A stretch of DNA of 64,000 bases from SAR324 cluster bacterium (GTDB lineage: Bacteria > SAR324 > NAC60-12), in the NCBI GenBank assembly GCA_015231885.1, contig JADGAT010000005.1, positions 38,381-102,380 of the forward strand, read 5' to 3'. The notes beneath the pieces were generated by a model. That model was given only the letters and a program-made list of their open reading frames with translations, ran no database searches and was not told where the DNA came from. Made by a program: the position numbers and the translations under genes. The first letter of the stretch is position 1; each line of letters opens with the position of its first letter. Shown one piece after another: positions 30,285-39,756 of the stretch.

Positions 30285-30863
30285 TTAAAAATCAGTTTCC
30301 TCCAGTTCAAAGGTCTCATACAACCTGTTGTTGATTGATTGTCGCAAGAGGAGATATTTTTGATACCTAGCAGAATTCTCACGATTTGCTGCTGTATCAA
30401 TTGATGTTTTTCGTTCTTGTACGTTCCTGCCCTTCTGTGATTTAATTTCATCGGCAGAACTAAATATTCCAACAGCCTGGCGAAAAGCACGCAAGCGAGC
30501 GGCTTTATCCTTGTTTTGGATTGCTTGCCAACGTTGGTTAACATGAGTGATATCTTCCATATATCCGCGGTAGATCGGCCCTCGTTCTTCATCCGTCTGC
30601 ATCCAGGCTTTTTGTTTCTTTACAAATTCATCAGAACGTTCCTGCTTCTTACTGTGTCCTGCTACCCATTCTTGATATTCTTTTTGTGCCCTGGGGTCTT
30701 CATATGGGTTATTGTAGTATTTTGGTGAACTGCTGCACCCCATCAACAAAAAACCAATAATCATCAATACAACAAAGTCTGGATATATTTTTAAATTTCT
30801 TTGAAACACGATCACTCTGGGGCCTAATAAAAAGTTAGTATCAGAGGCAGTCAAATTATACAA
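30285..30863 (-). CDS. Hypothetical lipoprotein
   Basis: Lipobox-like LLMGC after a hydrophobic stretch. The true start is uncertain. Confidence 0.55.
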   Translation of the reverse strand: MYNLTASDTNFLLGPRVIVFQRNLKIYPDFVVLMIIGFLLMGCSSSPKYYNNPYEDPRAQKEYQEWVAGHSKKQERSDEFVKKQKAWMQTDEERGPIYRGYMEDITHVNQRWQAIQNKDKAARLRAFRQAVGIFSSADEIKSQKGRNVQERKTSIDTAANRENSARYQKYLLLRQSINNRLYETFELEETDF

Positions 30864-30960
30864 TGAAACCCGCCTATATTCTTAATCGGCGATTTTTTGG
30901 AATACTTTAGTCTCACATTGATAATTTTTAAAGATAATACAACAAATCAATAGAGAAAAA

Positions 30961-31320
30961 TTATTCTAAATTAGAGGAATGAGCGGATTGTTCGCTACAA
31001 TAATAGTAGCCATCGGGGAGAACGGGCTGGTAGTGATTTAATGAAAAAACTTCACCCGTGTTTTGTTTTTTCAATAATACCGTCTGATCTTTTATAACAA
31101 AATGTGTAATTCCCAAACGCCGACAAGTTCGATCCACTTTTTTCTGGACTTTTAAAGGATATCCCCGATAGGTATACGTATCAGGACTATCAGTAGCCAA
31201 ACCGCTACATCCGGAATTCGAAACCATGAGGATGAAACCAATCCAAATGCACCAGTCAGTTCGCTGATTACCATTAATTGGCTTCTGAAATAAGGCGAGG
31301 AATTTCTGATGGATTGACAA
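30961..31320 (-). CDS. Hypothetical small (lipo)protein
   Basis: Hydrophobic stretch then SGC. Directly follows the dnaA-like gene. Confidence 0.5.
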   Translation of the reverse strand: MSIHQKFLALFQKPINGNQRTDWCIWIGFILMVSNSGCSGLATDSPDTYTYRGYPLKVQKKVDRTCRRLGITHFVIKDQTVLLKKQNTGEVFSLNHYQPVLPDGYYYCSEQSAHSSNLE

Positions 31321-32791
31321 ACTTTTTCTCAGATAGGTCGTCTTTCAAGGAGAGAATTTGCTGACGCAGCAGATCATCTGTTTCCATTTTTTTCTCAACT
31401 TGCTTTAAGGAATTGTGAATTGCAGAATGGGTTCGATTGCCAAATTGTTTTCCAATTTCTGAAAGCTTCATATCGGTCAGTTCTCTCAATAGATACATCC
31501 CCATCTGCCTGGCGCGAACAACTTTATTTGCACGGCCAGCTGATTGTAAATCAGATCGAGATACTTGAGACATGGTACAAATTTTTTGCAAAATAGCTTC
31601 TGCTTTGTCATCAGGCATCGCATCTGATGAAAATTCTGTCAGGTGGGTAGTTTCCAAAAGGTCAACCAGTCGAGATTTGGCGAAGTCGAGTGAGATCTTT
31701 TGACGTAAAAGAGAAGCATAGGCACCTAAACGTATCAGGGCTCCTACCATTTTGCTGACATTTGAATAAATGTGTTTTGCAATATAGTAACACACTTCAG
31801 GTGGTAAGAGAATATGATCCTGCTTTGCGCGGCTTTGCAAAATCGCCATACGCATCTCCAAGTCAGGCACACCGATATCAGTGACTAGCCCTGATTGCAG
31901 ACGCGAACAAAGCATTTCATTCAAATTATCAATATTACTTGGTAACTGATTGCAGGTCACTACAATCTGCTTTTTTCTTTTCAGCAGAGCATCGATTGTA
32001 TGCAATAGCTCTTCCTGACTCCGGGCACCAGAAATTGTCTGAACATTTCGAATAAGAAGCAAATCTGTCAAACGATAACGCTGACGAAATACATCCATTT
32101 TCTTTTGGTTCAGGTGCACTAAGAAATCATTCAAAAACCCCTCTCCTGTCGTATATACGATATTGGCAGTGGGGTGCAATTGAGAAAAAGCCTGCCCAAT
32201 CGCTTCTAACAAATGAGTTTTTCCCAACCCAATGCCACCATATATGAACAAAGGGTTATACAATATTCCAGACTCATGAATAATCCGACAACCCGCTTCA
32301 TAAGCCAGTTGATTGTGGCTGCCAATCACTAATGAATTCAAGCAGTGTTTCGCCTCAAATGAGGCCGTTTTGAGAGGAATAATTTTTTGAGACTCATCCA
32401 AGACCTCCTGGTTCTTTTCCGGAAATGAACCAGAAGCATCAGGGAATCCTTCAGAGGCAGTGGACAAATCGTTCGAAGCGTCATCAAAAGCAAACTCTGT
32501 TTGAATGGAGTCTTGTTGTACAAAATGATGCACTCCCACACGGTACTTTACTTTTTTCTTATGAAATGGAGCATACTCTGGAAAGAGTTCTGTCAGGAGA
32601 GATCGGAACAAATGATCGTGGTTTTTAGCAATATCGTCCCGAAACATTGGATGTGAAATACCAGCAATAATCGTTTTTTTAGATGAAATCTCGACGAGTG
32701 CCAGATCATCAAGCCAAGCTTCGAATTCTTCAGGCTCAAGCTCTTGCTGAATTTTTTCTTTGAATAATGACCATCTATGGTTTAGATCCAT
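31274..32791 (-). CDS. DnaA-family protein, divergent
   Basis: Domain I (F.AWL), YNPLFIYGGIGLGKTHLL, QEELLHT, SRLQSGL, domain IV ARQMGMYL.RELT...IG..FG.R.H. Walker B is degenerate (LLLIRN). ATG at 32791 with a GGAAAAGAG RBS. Confidence 0.85.
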   Translation of the reverse strand: MDLNHRWSLFKEKIQQELEPEEFEAWLDDLALVEISSKKTIIAGISHPMFRDDIAKNHDHLFRSLLTELFPEYAPFHKKKVKYRVGVHHFVQQDSIQTEFAFDDASNDLSTASEGFPDASGSFPEKNQEVLDESQKIIPLKTASFEAKHCLNSLVIGSHNQLAYEAGCRIIHESGILYNPLFIYGGIGLGKTHLLEAIGQAFSQLHPTANIVYTTGEGFLNDFLVHLNQKKMDVFRQRYRLTDLLLIRNVQTISGARSQEELLHTIDALLKRKKQIVVTCNQLPSNIDNLNEMLCSRLQSGLVTDIGVPDLEMRMAILQSRAKQDHILLPPEVCYYIAKHIYSNVSKMVGALIRLGAYASLLRQKISLDFAKSRLVDLLETTHLTEFSSDAMPDDKAEAILQKICTMSQVSRSDLQSAGRANKVVRARQMGMYLLRELTDMKLSEIGKQFGNRTHSAIHNSLKQVEKKMETDDLLRQQILSLKDDLSEKKFVNPSEIPRLISEAN

Positions 32792-33130
32792 CTCTTTTCC
32801 TAAATCCAATTCCGTTTGGATTGATTAACCGTGTATCAACTGAAAAAAGATCCTTCTTTCCAGGCACGATTGAAGTCGATAACCAGTGACCAATTATAAA
32901 AAGATCCTTCTTTTTTTAAATCCAATTCCCTTTGGATCGATTTTTCAGGCTACTATTTTGTATTGCCCATTGAAAAATTAATATTGAAGAATTCAATTTT
33001 GTCTTCAAACGAAGCATAGAATAAAAAATCCTGAGTAGGAAAGCAACAGAAAAGATCTTCTTAAAAATTAGCTTATTAGCCCCAAGTCGTTGATTCAAAA
33101 TCTTAAAAATCCGAAAAAAAGATCTGTCAT
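32786..33130. repeat. AT-rich intergenic region with repeated AAAGATC(C/T)T motifs and a duplicated AAATCCAATTCCnTTTGGAT unit
   Basis: aaagatccttcttt at ~32846 and ~32900; aaagatct at ~33051 and ~33118; aaatccaattccgtttggat at ~32802 and aaatccaattccctttggat at ~32918. Confidence 0.6.
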
Positions 33131-33335
33131 GAAATCATAAAGTTACAAAACAAATTACTGATTTTATTAATTTATTATTGTAGAAAAAACATACTATTCT
33201 ATTTTTTTCAAACCCATAGCAATCATCACCGACAGGATTGTAACCAGAAAATCTTCCATTTACATGAAGAACAGCACATGGTAATATTTGCGAAATAGAA
33301 GTTGAATCTTTTCATGTCAAATAGGGGGTAAATAG

Positions 33336-33878
33336 ATGGGAAGGAAGAAAAAGGAAAAATCGGTAAAGCCGAATAAAAAAAATGAAACAACGGCACAAGA
33401 ACCAAAACACAAAGGAATCAGCCGCATTGATTCGAAAGATACCCATGGTTGGTTCGTTCGGGTATATAACGAAAGTATTACTTATTCCAAACTATTCAGT
33501 GATCGCAAATGCGGTGGACGTCAAATCGCTTTGGAAAAAGCACTCGCATTTCAGGATAATCTGATTCAGGAAATTGGAAAAACCTATCCTGCCCGCCGTA
33601 TTGTAAGACGGGATAAAAGAAATAAAACTGGAGTAATTGGAGTTTGCAGAACAAGAAAAAAGAGTCGAAACGGAACTTACAGTGACTATTTTTCGGTCTC
33701 TTGGAGTCCAGAATATGGCACGCACAAGTGTCGTATGTTTTCAATCAACAAACATGGAGAAAAGAAAGCATTCCACATGGCTTGTGACTGGCGGAAAAGA
33801 ATGGAGGAGGACATTCATGGACAGTCATGGGCAAAAAAACCACGTAAAGTGCCTCAATATCTGTTGAAAAAAAAATAA
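33336..33878 (+). CDS. Basic DNA-binding protein with two AP2-like domains
   Basis: KGISRID...GWFVRV...SKLFSDRKCGG...AL..A and NKTGVIGV...SW...FSINKHGEKKAFHMAC.WR. Confidence 0.7.
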   Translation: MGRKKKEKSVKPNKKNETTAQEPKHKGISRIDSKDTHGWFVRVYNESITYSKLFSDRKCGGRQIALEKALAFQDNLIQEIGKTYPARRIVRRDKRNKTGVIGVCRTRKKSRNGTYSDYFSVSWSPEYGTHKCRMFSINKHGEKKAFHMACDWRKRMEEDIHGQSWAKKPRKVPQYLLKKK

Positions 33879-33886
33879 GAGAACCA

Positions 33887-36394
33887 TTACTCTGTGGGTT
33901 CCGGATCTGGACTTTCTGCCACTACTTCCTCTTCATGTGTTTCAACATCCGCGTCGTCGGTTACCTCTTCGTCAGGATCTTCTTCAAACCCTGCCAGATC
34001 GATTACCTGTTCTCCTGTATCGAGATTAAAAAGACGCACTCCTTGAGTAATTCGGCCAATGGTGGGGATATTATCTGTTTTGATACGGATTAATTTGCCA
34101 AATTGAGTCACCAGGAATACTTGAAAATCTTCTTCAATCTGTAGTGCTCCCACCACCAATCCATTACGATCAGAAGTTTTGATAACCCGCACTCCCTGAT
34201 TGCCTCGATTCCTGGAAAGCGGGTAATCTTCCAAAAGCGTTTTTTTCCCATAACCATTCTGGGTCACTGTCAGAATATTGCCCTCCCCTTGTAAGACTTC
34301 CATGGTCACAACCTGATCATTTGTTTTCAGGCGCATACCAATTACCCCACGTGCTTCTCTTCCCATTGGACGAATTTGTTCCTCATGAAAACGCAAACTC
34401 ATTCCTTGTTGAGAGACAATGAAGATTTCCTGATTGCCATCTGTTAAACGGACCGACAACATTTTATCACTATCATCCAGCGTAATTGCTCGAATACCTG
34501 ATGAACGGACTTTACGAAATGCCTGCAGATCCGTCTTTTTACAAATCCCATTCATCGTGCACATTAAAATGTACATCCCTTCTGTAAATTCTGGAACACT
34601 CAAATAGGCACAAACTTTTTCTTCTGGCCGTAATGGTAAAACATTGATAATAGCTTTACCCTTGCTGGCAGGACCTGCTTGAGGCAGTTCATGGACCTTC
34701 ATTGAAAACACCTGACCAAAGGTGGTGAAAATCAGAAGATGATCATGCGTAGAAGCAACAAACATTTTCTCGACAAAATCAGCATCTTTCATACTCATAC
34801 CGATTCGACCCTTTCCTCCACGTCGTTGCAGTCGATATTCGCTGGTAGGACTTCGCTTAATGTAGCCACTATGAGTGATCGTGACCACCATATCCTCACG
34901 GGTGATCAGCTCTTCTATCGAAATGGAACTTTCTTCTTCTGAGATCTGTGTGCGGCGAGCGTCACCATACTTTTCACGAATTTCTATACATTCTTCGCGT
35001 ATGATATCTAAAATCAGGTTCTCATCAGCAAGAGTTTTCTGATAGTCGGCAATCGACTGTTTTAATTGCTCATAATCTTCCAAGATTTTATTTTGTTCCA
35101 TCCCGGTCAAACGCTGCAGTCTCATATCAAGAATCGCCTGAGCTTGCTTTTCTGTGAGCTGATGGTGCTCCATCAAAATTTTTCTGGCAGCCGCCCCATT
35201 TTCAGCCTCTCGAATTTCTTCAATCACTGTATCCAGGTTGGAAAGTGCGATAGTCAACCCTTGTAAAATATGAGCCTTCGCTTGTGCCTGCTCCAGCTCA
35301 TACTCCAGCCTGCGGGTCACAATAACAAGTCGATGGTCTAAAAACAGCCTTAGTACTTCCATTATTGGCAGAACCCTGGGTTGCTTATCCACAATCGCCA
35401 GCATGATCACACCAAAGGATGATTGCATGGCCGTGTGCTTATAAAGATTACTCAACACCACTTCTGGATTTTCATTTCTTTTTACCTGAATATATATGCG
35501 CATTCCTTTACGGTCCGATTCATCGCGCAAATCTGAAATACCTTCGATTCTTTTCTCCCGTACCAGTCCAGCTATCCTTTCTATCAGAGTTGCTTTATTG
35601 ACCATGTAGGGCAGCTCTGTCACAATAATGCACTCTCGATCCCCAGTTTCTGTTTCAACATGAGCCTGAGCTCGGATACTAACGATTCCGCGACCTGTGC
35701 TATACGCACTATAAATCCCAGCCCTTCCCATAATACAACCCCCAGTCGGAAAATCAGGCCCTGGAATGTGTTCCATCAACTCCGGTAAGGACGAGTGGTG
35801 TCTATTGTCGATGTAGTACAGCAAGCCTGCCATGACTTCGCTGATATTATGGGGAGGGATATTACAAGCCATACCAACCGCAATACCTGTTGAACCATTG
35901 ATCAATAAATTTGGAATTTTTGCAGGCAGTACTGATGGTTCATCAAGGGATTCATCGTAATTAGGAAGAAACTCTACCGTGTTTTTTTCCAGGTCCACCA
36001 GCAATTCATGGGCAAGACGCTGCATTCGGATTTCTGTGTAACGCATTGCGGCAGCAGCATCCCCATCAACCGAACCAAAGTTACCTTGTCCATCAACCAG
36101 CGGATAGCGCATCGAAAAATCCTGTGTCAATCGCACAATGGTGTCATAGACAGCAGAATCTCCGTGTGGGTGATATTTTCCAATCACGTCTCCTACCACG
36201 CGGGCTGATTTACGATACGGCTTATTGTAGTCGTTCCCTTGCTCCGACATGGAAAACAGGGTCCGGCGGTGTACCGGTTTCAGCCCATCACGTACATCTG
36301 GCAAGGCACGCCCGATGATAACACTCATGGCGTATTCCAGATAGGATTCGCGCATCTCTACAGAAATATCCGTTTCTATAATCTTTTCAGGCAT
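33887..36394 (-). CDS. gyrA: DNA gyrase subunit A
   Basis: YAMSVI.GRALPDVRDGLKPVHRR, YHPHGD, AAMRYTE, GyrA-box QRRGGKG. Confidence 0.98.
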   Translation of the reverse strand: MPEKIIETDISVEMRESYLEYAMSVIIGRALPDVRDGLKPVHRRTLFSMSEQGNDYNKPYRKSARVVGDVIGKYHPHGDSAVYDTIVRLTQDFSMRYPLVDGQGNFGSVDGDAAAAMRYTEIRMQRLAHELLVDLEKNTVEFLPNYDESLDEPSVLPAKIPNLLINGSTGIAVGMACNIPPHNISEVMAGLLYYIDNRHHSSLPELMEHIPGPDFPTGGCIMGRAGIYSAYSTGRGIVSIRAQAHVETETGDRECIIVTELPYMVNKATLIERIAGLVREKRIEGISDLRDESDRKGMRIYIQVKRNENPEVVLSNLYKHTAMQSSFGVIMLAIVDKQPRVLPIMEVLRLFLDHRLVIVTRRLEYELEQAQAKAHILQGLTIALSNLDTVIEEIREAENGAAARKILMEHHQLTEKQAQAILDMRLQRLTGMEQNKILEDYEQLKQSIADYQKTLADENLILDIIREECIEIREKYGDARRTQISEEESSISIEELITREDMVVTITHSGYIKRSPTSEYRLQRRGGKGRIGMSMKDADFVEKMFVASTHDHLLIFTTFGQVFSMKVHELPQAGPASKGKAIINVLPLRPEEKVCAYLSVPEFTEGMYILMCTMNGICKKTDLQAFRKVRSSGIRAITLDDSDKMLSVRLTDGNQEIFIVSQQGMSLRFHEEQIRPMGREARGVIGMRLKTNDQVVTMEVLQGEGNILTVTQNGYGKKTLLEDYPLSRNRGNQGVRVIKTSDRNGLVVGALQIEEDFQVFLVTQFGKLIRIKTDNIPTIGRITQGVRLFNLDTGEQVIDLAGFEEDPDEEVTDDADVETHEEEVVAESPDPEPTE

Positions 36395-36451
36395 AAATGT
36401 TTTGTTTGTTAAGGTTTATAAAACGTTCCTTGTTTTCAAAAAGACCTCGGT

Positions 36452-37384
36452 TTACAGTTTGTTGACTTCATAGGAATGACTGCGTTTTTGCTGTACAATG
36501 ACTTGTTTGATCAAATCCCCTTGCACGATGGAATTGACCACATCCATGCCTTCGGTCACTTTTCCAAAAACAGTATGCTTTCCATCTAAATGAGGAGTAG
36601 GGCCATGAGTAATAAAAAACTGGCTCCCATTGGTATTTGGGCCTGCATTGGCCATAGAAAGGATACCGGCATCATCGTGCTTACGGTCTGAAATCTCATC
36701 AGCAAAACGATAACCAGGACCTCCTGTGCCTGTTCCTTCAGGACAACCTCCCTGAATCATGAAATTACTAATCACGCGATGGAATGCTAAACCATCATAG
36801 AACTTTCCTTCAATCAAGGAGATGAAGCTTGCTACCGTATTGGGAGCATCATCTTCATAAAGTTCCAGACGAATATCGCCTTTTTCTGTCTCAAAACAAA
36901 CAATCGGCAATCCGTCTTCTACTATTTCAACTGCATTTTCTGGTGTTTCTGACTCCATTTTTTCCTCATTTGTCTGTTCTTGATTATCGGATGCTTCATC
37001 TGTCGGAGCATGTTCATCCTTCACTTCATCAGCATCTACTTCATCCACTGTTTCTCCATCCACTTCTATCACCTGATCATCCTCATTATCGAGGGTATCA
37101 CCCATCAAAGCAGAGCTATCAAAGGAACCGCCCATCAAGGCAGAGGGATCCAAACCCAAGGACGATAAGTCAAAATTCGGAGAACCACTTTCTGCATTGA
37201 CCCATTTCTCATTTTCAAAAAAGAATAACTGTGCAATCCCTCGAAAAGGGGAATATACTTTGAGGTAAGAATCTTCATCCTCTCCTTCAATCGTGATTTC
37301 CGAATCAGTTTCGCTGATGATCTTGCCAGCATACTTAACTTCCAGTGTCTTAGAAAAAGTAAGCTGTTTGTCTTCAATTTTCAT
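36452..37384 (-). CDS. Cyclophilin-type peptidyl-prolyl isomerase with N-terminal extra domain and acidic linker
   Basis: [54 protein letters not shown]. Confidence 0.92.
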   Translation of the reverse strand: MKIEDKQLTFSKTLEVKYAGKIISETDSEITIEGEDEDSYLKVYSPFRGIAQLFFFENEKWVNAESGSPNFDLSSLGLDPSALMGGSFDSSALMGDTLDNEDDQVIEVDGETVDEVDADEVKDEHAPTDEASDNQEQTNEEKMESETPENAVEIVEDGLPIVCFETEKGDIRLELYEDDAPNTVASFISLIEGKFYDGLAFHRVISNFMIQGGCPEGTGTGGPGYRFADEISDRKHDDAGILSMANAGPNTNGSQFFITHGPTPHLDGKHTVFGKVTEGMDVVNSIVQGDLIKQVIVQQKRSHSYEVNKL

Positions 37385-37509
37385 GTATCCTCTTCAATGA
37401 ATGTAGGTAAGGTAAGAATGGCAGTAATTTGCAACGGGATTAAATCAAGTGGAAATGTTAAAACGCCTACCGTGAGCAATAACAGGTATGGCATGAAATC
37501 ATATCACGA

Positions 37510-37764
37510 TCACTCTGTTAATGTTTTTAAGCGATCTACCGCATGAATTGGCGCGTCAGGGCCTGACATGAATGGAGTGATGGCAGAATAAACCATCCTT
37601 TGTTTCTCCAACAGCCCTTTGCCTTCAAATAAGGGCGAAGTGACGGTGATCTCAAAATGATTGCCATTGCTTTGCACGTGCACCCGTGACTCAGGAATAG
37701 CTGATTGGATCGCTTTTGTGACTTGATCTTCGATGGATTCACCAGACCATGATGGTACGCTCAT
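37510..37764 (-). CDS. BolA/IbaG family protein
   Basis: HFEI.VTS..FEGK.LL.KQRMVY, IHA. Confidence 0.9.
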   Translation of the reverse strand: MSVPSWSGESIEDQVTKAIQSAIPESRVHVQSNGNHFEITVTSPLFEGKGLLEKQRMVYSAITPFMSGPDAPIHAVDRLKTLTE

Positions 37765-37808
37765 TTGAAATTTGCCTGTTAAAATTTTGAAATGAAAATG
37801 AAATAGAG

Positions 37809-38210
37809 TTATTTCCAGGGAGTTGGCATGGCTCCCACTTCTTCAGGGGGCTCATACATGAAGGATGTTTTGCAGCCGCAAGAGCCTTTTGCTCCAGGGT
37901 TGTTGAACTTCAATCCTCTGTCCATGAGGCTATTGCTCCAGTCAATTTCCGTTCCCTTGATATATAGATGACTTTTTTTATCTGTGAGAATTTTTAATCC
38001 TTCTGATTCAAACTCTAAGTCAAATTTGTTTTTTTTGCCATCAAACTCAAAAGTATATGTAAAACCAGCGCATCCACCGCCTTTTACACCCACACGAATA
38101 CCGACTTCGTCAGGAACATTTTGTTCGGCCATAATTTTCTTTATTTCTTTTGCCGCTACAGGAGTTAAGGTAATCATAAATTTTTCACTCACAACAGGTT
38201 GGGTTTCCAT
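37809..38210 (-). CDS. iscA: A-type Fe-S cluster carrier (IscA/ErpA family)
   Basis: RVGVKGGGCAG, F.NP..KGSCGC..SF. Confidence 0.9.
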   Translation of the reverse strand: METQPVVSEKFMITLTPVAAKEIKKIMAEQNVPDEVGIRVGVKGGGCAGFTYTFEFDGKKNKFDLEFESEGLKILTDKKSHLYIKGTEIDWSNSLMDRGLKFNNPGAKGSCGCKTSFMYEPPEEVGAMPTPWK

Positions 38211-38557
38211 GGAATTAAGGTCATCCTACAAATGTAATCACTCTAAATATGAATTTTCTAGTTTATCAGAAATTATAGGCACTGTCCACGAAATATAAAG
38301 TTTCTGTATCAAGCAAAATAGCTGCAATTCGGAGGTCTAAGAAAAATTAATCAACACTGTTTATTTTAATAAAATAATACAGAGATAAGGCGTTTATTGA
38401 AAAAATAGATCATTAATTCTTAATGATATTCTTGACCTAATACCAGAAGCATATTATACCCATTCTGAACGATCACATGATAAGTGTTCTTAACAATAAA
38501 ACTCACAGAAGAAAAGATAAGCCAGAAAAATTTTCCTAATCAACTCATCATATTTCA

Positions 38558-39205
38558 TTGACTGGAGACACCGTGTTGTATCAAAGAATAAAAAACACCT
38601 TTAGTTCTTTTGCAATAATACTGCTGTTGTGGGCATTAACGGGTTGTGCTGAAACAGCACCAACGACGCATTACTATTTTATGGAATCCCCCTCGCATTC
38701 TCTTTACAAACAAGGCAAGCCCACGAAATACCCAGCCCTTATGTTGTTCAAAAAAGTCAGCAGCATGTCTCCGTATAACACGGTCAATTTTGCCGTAAAA
38801 ATACGGCCATCTGAAGTAAAATTTTACAACTATGCCAAATGGGTCTCCCCTCCTCATGAATTGTTGTATCATTATTTCCTGAAATCACTCACCTTCAGCC
38901 AATTAATTGAGTTGGCAGCCAGCAGTATTGGGCAAAAAGATGTGTATCATCTAGAAATGGAGATTCAAGAATTTGGACAAAAACTGGAAAAAAATCGCCC
39001 TTATGCAGGAATATCTCTCTTTGTTGGAATAAGGCATGCAAGGTCAAAGACATACAGCTGGTACACCATATATCATCACCAAGAGCCTTCTCAATCGGAA
39101 CAACCTTATCATGTAGTAGTCGCGTTAAACAAAACTGTGGAAACAATCAATCAGAAACTTTTAAAGGACTTGGACACTTTTTTTGCAGCTGAGTATTCAA
39201 AATAG
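38558..39205 (+). CDS. PqiC-like ABC-transport auxiliary lipoprotein
   Basis: Lipobox LTGC, HYY, Y.YAKW..PP..L. Confidence 0.7.
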   Translation: MTGDTVLYQRIKNTFSSFAIILLLWALTGCAETAPTTHYYFMESPSHSLYKQGKPTKYPALMLFKKVSSMSPYNTVNFAVKIRPSEVKFYNYAKWVSPPHELLYHYFLKSLTFSQLIELAASSIGQKDVYHLEMEIQEFGQKLEKNRPYAGISLFVGIRHARSKTYSWYTIYHHQEPSQSEQPYHVVVALNKTVETINQKLLKDLDTFFAAEYSK

Positions 39206-39278
39206 TCTATAGTCAATCAATTTTGTATGTACCTTTAACTATCTATGGCTGACTGGTAACTGAAAGAGAAAGGAAAAT

Positions 39279-39680
39279 ATGCCAAATCAATACAGTGAAC
39301 TAATTTCAGATTTTTTGGAAAATTGTGGAGAAGCAGAAAAAGGATTTATCAATGAGACAGAGTGGTGGATTATTAATGGCTCTGTAAAAGTTCAGATCTT
39401 TTTAACCTCAGAGGACGACGATGCCGAATTGATTGTCGCCTCCAATATATGTCGTCTGGAAAAAGACGTTCATACGGTATACAAGTATGTCTTACAATTG
39501 AATGGAAGTTTTAAATTAAAAGGGGCGTCCTTTGGCATTCGAAATAAGCAGCTCATTCTTAGTTTTGTTCGTCCAGTAGAAGGCTTGGACCCAGAAGAAC
39601 TGGAATGGATGATTGCCTGTATTGCTATCCTTGCTGATGAATATGATGACTTTTTGATTAGCAAATTTCAAATAGAGTAA
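39279..39680 (+). CDS. YbjN/CesT-like chaperone-fold protein
   Basis: Acidic 133 aa; GS..V.I, L.LN, R..EGLD..E, ADEYDD.L. Confidence 0.7.
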   Translation: MPNQYSELISDFLENCGEAEKGFINETEWWIINGSVKVQIFLTSEDDDAELIVASNICRLEKDVHTVYKYVLQLNGSFKLKGASFGIRNKQLILSFVRPVEGLDPEELEWMIACIAILADEYDDFLISKFQIE

Positions 39681-39756
39681 TTTTTTAGACACTGACACAT
39701 GTACTTTATGGAATTTCACCCAAGAAATTCATTCAATGTATAGAAAGGATTGATCC

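Noticed and set aside
32810-33335. Canonical oriC
   Set aside because: No perfect DnaA boxes were seen and there is no dnaN. It is kept only as an atypical candidate.
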